A stretch of DNA of 24,000 nt. Origin: an uncultured Pseudomonas sp. (GTDB taxonomy: Bacteria; Pseudomonadota; Gammaproteobacteria; Pseudomonadales; Pseudomonadaceae). The DNA lies in NCBI GenBank assembly GCA_966191535.1, contig CBIGPF010000017.1, forward strand, positions 27,425-51,424. The letters run 5' to 3'. Made by a program: the position numbers and the translations under genes. This document shows positions 17,188-23,172 of the stretch, piece by piece; position 1 is the first letter of the stretch; every line of letters begins with the position of its first letter. Under the pieces are notes generated by a model. It saw only the letters and a program-made list of their open reading frames with translations, had not been told where the DNA came from and did not search any database.

Positions 17188-17271
17188 CACGAATGCCGAC
17201 AGGTGTACAGGGTTCAGCTGGTTCGATTCCAGCCCGCAGCGATGCGGATCACTTGTCTCCCTTGTCGTGCC
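17186..17271 (+). ncRNA. Y-RNA-like module 1 (Y-type stems + T-arm/acceptor minihelix, no D arm)
   Basis: S1 GGCACGA (17186-17192) pairs with UCGUGCC (17265-17271). Loop AUGCC / UCCCUUG. S2 GACAGGUG (17198-17205) pairs with CACUUGUC (17250-17257). T arm GCUGG-UUCGAUU-CCAGC (17217-17233). Acceptor-like hairpin CCGCA-GCGA-UGCGG (17234-17247). Confidence 0.6.
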
Positions 17272-17289
17272 ACCCTTGTTACAGCGTTA

Positions 17290-17421
17290 TGCGACGAATG
17301 CCGGTGGAACTACACCCTTCCACGGTCGAGATACGGGTTCGAGTCCCGTCGGCTCCACTATCAGGGGGCCGTAGTTCAATGGCAGAACACGAAAATACGT
17401 TTCACCATCCTTGTCGTCGCA
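17290..17421 (+). ncRNA. YrlA-like Y RNA module 2 (permuted tRNA-like domain)
   Basis: S1 GCGACGA (17291-17297) pairs with UCGUCGC (17414-17420). Loop AUGCC / AUCCUUG. S2 GGUGGAA (17303-17309) pairs with UUUCACC (17400-17406). T arm ACGGG-UUCGAGU-CCCGU (17333-17349). Acceptor CGGCUCC (17350-17356) pairs with GGGGCCG (17365-17371) and is closed by a loop. Then UA, then D arm GUUC-AAUGGCA-GAAC (17374-17388). Confidence 0.7.
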
Positions 17422-17449
17422 CCTATTCACCCCGCCAGGCCGGCGGGCA

Positions 17450-17557
17450 GGCAACGAATGCCTGGGGCAGTACATCGGGTCGCGGGTTCGAACCCCGCTC
17501 CGCTCGCGCGGGTAGCTCAGTCGGTAGAGCAGATCTGTCCCTCAACTCGTCGTTGCC
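17450..17557 (+). ncRNA. YrlA-like Y RNA module 3 (permuted tRNA-like domain)
   Basis: S1 GGCAACGA (17450-17457) pairs with UCGUUGCC (17550-17557). Loop AUGCC(U) / UCAACUCG. S2 GGGGCAG (17464-17470) pairs with CUGUCCC (17535-17541). T arm GCGGG-UUCGAAC-CCCGC (17482-17498). Acceptor UCCGC-UCGC-GCGGG (17499-17512). Then UA, then D arm GCUC-AGUCGGUA-GAGC (17515-17530). Confidence 0.72.
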
Positions 17558-17582
17558 CCGGCCACCCATGAATTTTCGGCAT

Positions 17583-17710
17583 TGCAGTGGCGAATGCCGG
17601 TGGGACTACAGGACGGAAAGGTTGCGGGTTCGACTCCCGTCGGCTCCCTGGAGTCGTAGCTCAACCGGATAGAGCGCGCCGCATGTTTCACCACAACTCG
17701 TCGCCACGCA
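17583..17710 (+). ncRNA. YrlA-like Y RNA module 4 (permuted tRNA-like domain)
   Basis: S1 GUGGCGA (17587-17593) pairs with UCGCCAC (17701-17707), extended by UGC:GCA across a bulged A. Loop AUGCC / ACAACUCG. S2 GGUGGGA (17599-17605) pairs with UUUCACC (17686-17692). T arm GCGGG-UUCGACU-CCCGU (17624-17640). Acceptor CGGCUC(C)...(G)GAGUCG (17641-17656). Then UA, then D arm GCUC-AACCGGAUA-GAGC (17659-17675). The module ends 25 nt before the rtcB ATG. Confidence 0.72.
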
Positions 17711-17735
17711 GGACCAGTGATACAGGAAAACAGAC

Positions 17736-18962
17736 ATGCAAACGAAAACCTTCCAACTGCTGGAAGTCGCCAACGGCAAACCGATCAAGCTCTGGACCCA
17801 GGGCGTGCCGGTGGAAGACGACGCCAGGCAGCAACTGATGAATACCGCGAAGATGCCCTTCATCTTCAAGCACCTGGCCGTGATGCCGGACGTGCACCTG
17901 GGCAAGGGGTCGACCATCGGCAGCGTGATTCCCACCAAGGGCGCCATCATCCCGGCGGCCGTGGGCGTGGATATCGGCTGCGGGATGATCGCCGCGCGCA
18001 CCTCGCTGGTGGCCTCCGACCTGCCGGACAACCTGCACGGCCTGCGAACCGCCATCGAGAAAGCCGTGCCCCACGGGCGCAGCAACACCCGGGCAGGCCG
18101 CGATAAAGGCGCCTGGGAAAACGTGCCCGAGCATGCCGACGACGCCTGGCGCGCACTGGCCGGCCGCTTCAAGGTGATTACCGACAAGCACCCGAAACTG
18201 GAGAAGACCAACAACCGCAAGCACCTGGGAACCCTCGGTACCGGCAACCACTTCATCGAGGTCTGCCTCGACGAAGCGGACCGCGTCTGGTTCATGCTGC
18301 ACAGCGGCTCGCGCGGCGTGGGCAACGCCATCGGCAACCTGTTCATCGAACTGGCCCAGGCCGATATGCGCCAGCACATCGCCAACCTGCCGGACCGTGA
18401 CCTGGCCTACTTCGAGGAAGGCAGCCAGCACTTCGACGACTACGTGGAGGCCGTGGACTGGGCCCAGGACTTCGCCCGGCAGAACCGCGAGCTGATGATG
18501 CACTCGGTGATCGCGGCGGCGCGGCAGATCATCCGCAAGCCGTTCGAAGCGAGCCTGGAAGCGGTGAACTGCCACCACAACTACGTGCAGAAGGAACGCC
18601 ACTTCGGCGAAGAGGTACTGGTGACGCGCAAAGGCGCGGTGTCTGCGCAGAAGGGTCAGCTCGGCATCATTCCGGGATCGATGGGCGCACGCAGCTTCAT
18701 CGTTCGTGGCCTGGGCAACGAGGAAGCCTTCTGCTCGTGCAGCCACGGTGCCGGTCGCACCATGAGCCGCACCAAGGCGAAGAAGCTGTTCAGCGTCGAA
18801 GACCAGATTCGCGCCACCGCCCACGTCGAATGCCGCAAGGACGCCGACGTGATCGACGAGATCCCGATGGCCTACAAGGACATCGACGCCGTGATGGACG
18901 CCCAGCGCGAGCTGGTGGAAGTACTGCATACCCTGCGCCAGGTGGTCTGCGTGAAAGGATGA
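17736..18962 (+). CDS. rtcB: RNA-splicing ligase RtcB (3'-phosphate/5'-hydroxyl RNA ligase)
   Basis: 408 aa. Family motifs PDVHLGKGSTIGSV, GVDIGCGM, GTLGTGNHFIE, HSGSRGVGN, NCHHNY and SCSHGAGR (the site of the guanylylated His). AGGAAA SD 6 nt upstream. Confidence 0.95.
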   Translation: MQTKTFQLLEVANGKPIKLWTQGVPVEDDARQQLMNTAKMPFIFKHLAVMPDVHLGKGSTIGSVIPTKGAIIPAAVGVDIGCGMIAARTSLVASDLPDNLHGLRTAIEKAVPHGRSNTRAGRDKGAWENVPEHADDAWRALAGRFKVITDKHPKLEKTNNRKHLGTLGTGNHFIEVCLDEADRVWFMLHSGSRGVGNAIGNLFIELAQADMRQHIANLPDRDLAYFEEGSQHFDDYVEAVDWAQDFARQNRELMMHSVIAAARQIIRKPFEASLEAVNCHHNYVQKERHFGEEVLVTRKGAVSAQKGQLGIIPGSMGARSFIVRGLGNEEAFCSCSHGAGRTMSRTKAKKLFSVEDQIRATAHVECRKDADVIDEIPMAYKDIDAVMDAQRELVEVLHTLRQVVCVKG

Positions 18963-18971
18963 GGTGAAGAC

Positions 18972-19550
18972 ATGCTGCAACCCATGGAAAACCAGCGCAT
19001 GCAGGAACTGCGCAGCCGCCTGGAACAGGAACGCTGCGTCTTCGACTTCCGCGTGCTGACACTCGACCCGACCGCCACGCCCGGCGAGGCGGAACATCGC
19101 CTGGCGTTGCAGCTGCTATTCGAATCCATCCAGGAACGCGCACGCAAGTGGCAGGCGGACGTCATCGCCCGCCACCCGCAATACGCCACCCATGAATGGG
19201 CGGACCTGACGCCGGACCTGGCCAGGGCCCGCCCGCAGGCACTCGGTATCGAGGCGGTGCGCGAGCTGGGCCGCGACGACGGCCCGCTGTGCCGCGCCTT
19301 CCGCGACCCGCCCTACGGCACCCAGCTGCAGATCGCGGATTTCCGCGAATGGCTGCAGGCGCTGCGGCTGAATCCGGACGAAGGCCTGCAGGTGCTCGAC
19401 TGGGTCGGCGACGGCGATGCCGAGCCGCACCGCAGCAACTGGAGCTGCTACTTCGACGATGGCAAGGAATGGTGGGGCATCTGGTGCCTCACCCTGTACA
19501 ACCCGCGACGACGAACATTGTCCGCGCTGGCCGCCAGCGCGACGGACTGA
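18972..19550 (+). CDS. Hypothetical protein (192 aa) embedded in the rtc operon
   Basis: ORF MLQPMENQRMQELRSRLEQERCVFDF...WSCYFDDGKEWWGIWCLTLYNPRRR.... GAGGTG SD 6 nt upstream. It starts 9 nt after the rtcB stop. No family recognised. Confidence 0.6.
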   Translation: MLQPMENQRMQELRSRLEQERCVFDFRVLTLDPTATPGEAEHRLALQLLFESIQERARKWQADVIARHPQYATHEWADLTPDLARARPQALGIEAVRELGRDDGPLCRAFRDPPYGTQLQIADFREWLQALRLNPDEGLQVLDWVGDGDAEPHRSNWSCYFDDGKEWWGIWCLTLYNPRRRTLSALAASATD

Positions 19551-19569
19551 AAGAACAAGGAATGCCCCC

Positions 19570-20370
19570 ATGAACAGGGACGAACGACATCCGCTGCCCG
19601 CCGCCATGCGCGAACGGGTACTGGAGGAACTGGAAAGACTGGAACAGGAGCGCGGCGTCACCGTGCTCTACGCATGTGAATCCGGCAGCCGCGCCTGGGG
19701 CTTCGCCTCACCGGACAGCGACTACGACGTGCGCTTCGTCTACGTGCACCAGCCGGACTGGTACCTGCGCGTGGAAGAACCGCGCGACGTGCTGGAGCGC
19801 CCATTGACCGACGAGCTGGACCTTAGTGGCTGGGAGCTGCGCAAGACGCTGCGACTGCTGCGCAAATCCAACCCGACGCTGCTGGAGTGGCTGGACTCGC
19901 CGCTGGTGTACCGCAGCGAACCGGCAGCGACCGGAGGCCTGCGCCAGCTGGCGCGGGACTTCTACTCGCCCGCCGCGGCAAGGGCGCACTACCTGTCGAT
20001 GGCGAAGAAGAACTTCCGTGGCTATCTGCAGGGCGAAGCGGTTCGCTACAAGAAGTACCTCTACGTGCTGCGCCCGCTGTTGGCAGTGCGCTGGATCGAC
20101 CTGGGCCTCGGCATGCCGCCGATGGTCTTCGAGACGCTGATGCAAGCGACCCTCGACGACGCCACACAACGCGCCGAGGTCGAGGAACTGCTGGTACTCA
20201 AGCGCCAGGCGGTCGAGGCCGAATACGGTCCGGCGCGCCCAGCCCTGCACCGATTGATCGAGGGAGAACTGCAACGCGTGGAAGCCCTTGGCGCTCCACG
20301 TGGCGGCTGCCACGACACGGAGCGCCTGGACCGTTTCCTGCGCGAGCAGGTAAGGAAATACGCCAGATGA
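19570..20370 (+). CDS. Pol-beta-superfamily nucleotidyltransferase (RNA-ligase-associated RlaP-like, by recollection)
   Basis: 266 aa from MNRDERHPLPAAMRERV.... NTase signature YACESGSRAWGFASPDSDYDVRFVY (G-S ... DxD). Its stop TGA (20368-20370) overlaps the rtcA ATG (20367-20369). The ORF-track start at 19417 was rejected because it overlaps orf192 and has an Arg/Thr-rich extension. Confidence 0.72.
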   Translation: MNRDERHPLPAAMRERVLEELERLEQERGVTVLYACESGSRAWGFASPDSDYDVRFVYVHQPDWYLRVEEPRDVLERPLTDELDLSGWELRKTLRLLRKSNPTLLEWLDSPLVYRSEPAATGGLRQLARDFYSPAAARAHYLSMAKKNFRGYLQGEAVRYKKYLYVLRPLLAVRWIDLGLGMPPMVFETLMQATLDDATQRAEVEELLVLKRQAVEAEYGPARPALHRLIEGELQRVEALGAPRGGCHDTERLDRFLREQVRKYAR

Positions 20371-21392
20371 ACAGGAACCTCATCGAACTCGACGGCGCCG
20401 AAGGTGGCGGCCAGATTCTGCGCAGCGCACTGAGCCTGTCGATGATCACCGGCAAGGCGCTGCGCATCGTCAACATCCGTGGCCGCCGCTCGCGACCGGG
20501 ACTGCTGCGCCAGCACCTGACGGCCGTGCGCGCGGCGGCGGAAATCTGCGGCGCCGCGGTGGAAGGCGACGAGCTCGGCTCGCGCAGCCTGACCTTCCGC
20601 CCCGGCGCGATTCGCGGCGGCGACTATCGTTTCGCCATTGGCAGCGCGGGCAGTGCCGTGCTGGTCTTGCAGACGCTGCTGCCCGCCCTGCTGTTCGCCG
20701 ATGCGCCGAGCAGCCTGGCGATCAGCGGCGGCACGCACAATCCGCTGGCACCGCCGGCGGACTTCATCGAGCGCAGTTGGCTGCCGTTGCTACGGCGCAT
20801 GGGCGCGAAGGTCGACTTCGAGCTGCTGCGCCACGGATTCATGCCGGCAGGCGGCGGTGAGTTGCAGGTGTGTGCGGAGCCCGGCGAATTGCAGCCGCTG
20901 CATCTGCCGGAGACCGGAGGCGAGCGCTCGCGTTCGGCCCGCGCGCTACTGGCAGCCATTCCCGGTCACGTGGGGGATCGCGAGGTGGAAAAGGTGAAGC
21001 GGCATCAGGACTGGAAAGCCGCACACTCCGAGGTCGTCCGTCTTCCAGAGGACCAGGGCCCGGGCAACGCACTGCTGCTGGAGATCGAGTGCGAGCACTT
21101 GACCCTGGTGTTCTGCGCCTTCGGCCAGTCCGGCGTCAGCGCCGAGCGCGTCGCCAGCCAGGCGCTACGTCAGGCCGATGACTGGCGCCGCAGCGGCACC
21201 AGCGTCGAGGAACATCTCGCCGACCAGCTGCTACTGCCCATGGCACTGGCCGCCGGTGGCAGTTTCACCACGCCGGCGCTGAGCGATCATCTGCTGAGCA
21301 ACCGTGCAGTGATCGAAGCCTTCCTGCCGGTGCATATCGATTGCGAACCACGTGCCGCAGGCGGCCAGCACATCCGCATCACGCGGACTTGA
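20367..21392 (+). CDS. rtcA: RNA 3'-terminal phosphate cyclase RtcA
   Basis: 341 aa from MNRNLIELDGAEGGGQILRSALSLSMITGKALRIVNIRGRRSRPGLLRQH... (characteristic RtcA N-terminus). Also SGGTHNPLAPP and EEHLADQLLLPMALA (the region of the adenylylated His). The 501-aa ORF-track version is an out-of-context upstream extension. Confidence 0.93.
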   Translation: MNRNLIELDGAEGGGQILRSALSLSMITGKALRIVNIRGRRSRPGLLRQHLTAVRAAAEICGAAVEGDELGSRSLTFRPGAIRGGDYRFAIGSAGSAVLVLQTLLPALLFADAPSSLAISGGTHNPLAPPADFIERSWLPLLRRMGAKVDFELLRHGFMPAGGGELQVCAEPGELQPLHLPETGGERSRSARALLAAIPGHVGDREVEKVKRHQDWKAAHSEVVRLPEDQGPGNALLLEIECEHLTLVFCAFGQSGVSAERVASQALRQADDWRRSGTSVEEHLADQLLLPMALAAGGSFTTPALSDHLLSNRAVIEAFLPVHIDCEPRAAGGQHIRITRT

Positions 21393-21418
21393 CGCTTTCC
21401 TCACCAGCCGCTGGCTAG

Positions 21419-21448
21419 AGTCGCGCCATGTCACCTCGAGTGGCGCGA
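21419..21448 (+). terminator. Possible operon-end hairpin after rtcA
   Basis: GUCGCGCCA (21419-21427) pairs with UGGCGCGAC (21440-21448) around a 12-nt loop, followed only by CUCUUCC (weak U-tract). Confidence 0.35.
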
Positions 21449-21494
21449 CCTCTTCCGGCGTGTGTGCCCGCCTCACCGGCACATGGGAGTCCCC

Positions 21495-21854
21495 ATGGCG
21501 CACCGCGCCACCCTCGTCCTGCTCTGCGCCGCGCTGCTCGCCGGCTGCGAAACCACCCACGAAACCCTCCTCGCCCAGGGCTACCCACCGGCCTATGCCG
21601 ACGGCTATGACGACGGCTGCGGCAGCGGTCGCCAGGCAGCCGGGGCCATCACCGGCGAGTTCCGCAAGAACGTGCCGCGCTACCTGGACGAGCCGAAATA
21701 TGCCCTGGGCTGGAACGACGGTTTCCAGCAATGCCAGGCGATGCGCGTGAGCCAGGAACGCCAGCAGTATGAAGAGCAGCGCAACAGCGACCGGGACCGC
21801 GACTGGGAACAGGAAAAGGACCGCGCCCTGTCCCGCGCCCTGCGCGGCAACTGA
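21495..21854 (+). CDS. Small lipoprotein (119 aa)
   Basis: MAHRATLVLLCAALLAGC has the lipobox LAGC. GGGAG SD 5 nt upstream of the ATG at 21495. The C-terminal half is charged (QERQQYEEQRNSDRDRDWEQEKDR). Confidence 0.7.
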   Translation: MAHRATLVLLCAALLAGCETTHETLLAQGYPPAYADGYDDGCGSGRQAAGAITGEFRKNVPRYLDEPKYALGWNDGFQQCQAMRVSQERQQYEEQRNSDRDRDWEQEKDRALSRALRGN

Positions 21855-21894
21855 CCGCTGCGGCAACCATCCGCACCGGCATCGGGCCGCTCGC

Positions 21895-21908
21895 TTGATT
21901 TCGGTCAA
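21895..21908 (+). promoter_or_regulatory. Anr/FNR-type box upstream of ccpR
   Basis: TTGATTTCGGTCAA vs consensus TTGAT-N4-ATCAA (one mismatch). Its centre is about 82 nt upstream of the ccpR ATG, compatible with a class II (-41.5) promoter plus a roughly 40-nt leader. Confidence 0.6.
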
Positions 21909-21982
21909 GCCGCCAACCCTCTCACTGCCCTCTCCTTGAACTCAGAAGAAAGAAACCAACGCCTGAGAAAAGGAGACTCCAC

Positions 21983-23014
21983 ATGCAGCCCATCAAACTG
22001 GCCCTGGGCAGTCTGCTGCTGGCCGTGAGCACGGCCGCGGCGCAAGCGAACGCCGACGCCCTGCGTGACAGCGCCAACAGCATCTTCAAACCCATCCCGG
22101 CGCAGGCCAGCGACACGCTTGACCCCAACCAGGTCGAACTGGGCCGGCAGCTGTTCTTCGAGCCGCGCCTGTCCGCCAGCCACGTGATCAGCTGCAACAC
22201 CTGCCACAACATCGGCACCGGCGGCGCCGACAACGTCCCCGCGTCCAGCGGCCACGCCTGGCAGAAAGGCGCACGCAACTCGCCCACCGTGTTCAACGCC
22301 GTCTTCAACGTCGCGCAGTTCTGGGATGGCCGCGCCAAGGACCTCGAAGAACAGGCCAAGGGACCGGTACAGAACCCGGTGGAAATGCACAACACGCCGA
22401 AGAACGTGGAGGCGACCCTGCACAGCATGCCCGAGTACGTCGCGGCCTTCGAAAAGGCCTTCCCCGGCGACAAGCAAGCGGTCAGCTTCGACAACATGGC
22501 CCGCGCGCTGCAGGCCTTCGAATCGACCCTGATCACCCCGGACTCGCGTTTCGACCTCTATCTCAAGGGTGACGACAAGGCCCTCGATGCCAAGGAGAAG
22601 AAGGGCCTGCAGACGTTCATGAGTGCGGGCTGCATCAGTTGCCACAACGGCGTGAACCTGGGCGGCCAGGCCTACTTCCCGTTCGGCCTGGTGAAGAAGC
22701 CTGACGGCAAGATCCTGCCCACCGGCGACAAGGGCCGCTTCGAGGTGACCAAGACGCAGAACGACCAGTACGTGTTCCGCGCCGCGCCCCTGCGCAACAT
22801 CGCGCTGACCGCGCCGTACTTCCACAGCGGGCAGGTCTGGGAGCTGGAGGAAGCGGTGGCGATCATGGGCACTGCGCAACTGGGCAAGCAGCTCAATGCC
22901 GAAGAAGTCGGCGACATCGTCGCCTTCCTCAAGACCGCCACCGGCAAGCAGCCGAAGGTGGAATACCCACTGCTGCCGCCGAGCACCGCGACCACCCCAA
23001 AACCAGTGGATTGA
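21983..23014 (+). CDS. ccpR: Di-haem cytochrome c551 peroxidase
   Basis: 343 aa with signal peptide MQPIKLALGSLLLAVSTAAAQA. Two haem-binding motifs, CNTCH and CISCH. PLRNIALTAPYFHSG motif. AGGAG SD upstream. Confidence 0.93.
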   Translation: MQPIKLALGSLLLAVSTAAAQANADALRDSANSIFKPIPAQASDTLDPNQVELGRQLFFEPRLSASHVISCNTCHNIGTGGADNVPASSGHAWQKGARNSPTVFNAVFNVAQFWDGRAKDLEEQAKGPVQNPVEMHNTPKNVEATLHSMPEYVAAFEKAFPGDKQAVSFDNMARALQAFESTLITPDSRFDLYLKGDDKALDAKEKKGLQTFMSAGCISCHNGVNLGGQAYFPFGLVKKPDGKILPTGDKGRFEVTKTQNDQYVFRAAPLRNIALTAPYFHSGQVWELEEAVAIMGTAQLGKQLNAEEVGDIVAFLKTATGKQPKVEYPLLPPSTATTPKPVD

Positions 23015-23022
23015 CGACGAGC

Positions 23023-23048
23023 CTTGTAGGAGCGAGCTTGCTCGCGAA
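23023..23048. repeat. Pseudomonas REP-type palindromic element
   Basis: TTGTAGGAGCGAGCTTGCTCGCGAAC contains the palindrome GCGAGCTTGCTCGC. I recognise this intergenic repeat as recurring widely in Pseudomonas genomes. Confidence 0.6.
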
Positions 23049-23123
23049 CGAGCCCAGCAGCGGAGCCAGGTCGCGTCGCGGGCACGCTCGGCCCGAAGAA
23101 GAGCAGGCAGCGCGTCGCCCACC

Positions 23124-23150
23124 CAAAATTAAAACGGGGCCGAAGGGCCC
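23124..23150 (-). terminator. Probable gdhA terminator
   Basis: Minus-strand GGGCC-CUUC-GGCCC (23137-23150), an all-GC 5-bp stem, followed by CGUUUUAAUUUU, about 23 nt after the gdhA stop. Confidence 0.5.
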
Positions 23151-23172
23151 GGTGGGCAAAAAGGCGGAGCGC

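Noticed and set aside
17078-17610. Five-fold recurrence of CGAATGCC... that might be a CRISPR-like or tandem-repeat array.
   Set aside because: The conserved core is only about 8-12 nt and the spacing is irregular (roughly 105-160 nt). Each copy pairs with a downstream complementary strand. No cas genes are present. The pattern fits paralogous structured RNAs, not CRISPR repeats.
17217-17675. T-loop (GGTTCGAnTCC) and D-arm (GTAGCTCAGTCGGTAGAGC) matches that might be canonical or pseudo-tRNA genes, or tRNA-derived attachment sites of an island.
   Set aside because: In every copy the T arm precedes the D arm, the acceptor helix is closed by a loop, and there is no anticodon arm. They therefore cannot fold as standard tRNAs. 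No integrase, recombinase or direct-repeat boundary is nearby.
17081-17838. ORF-track entries inside the rsr-rtcB gap (97, 159, 122, 62 and 83 aa).
   Set aside because: They overlap one another in different frames and lack Shine-Dalgarno sequences. They have Arg/Ser/Pro-rich, GC-artefact-like composition. The region is fully accounted for by five structured RNA modules with compensatory base pairing.
21891-21910. GCTTGATTTCGGTCAAGC hairpin as a terminator for the lipoprotein gene.
   Set aside because: The stem is only 5-6 bp, it is AT-containing, and there is no U-tract. The sequence fits the TTGAT-N4-ATCAA Anr/FNR consensus at the right distance from ccpR much better.
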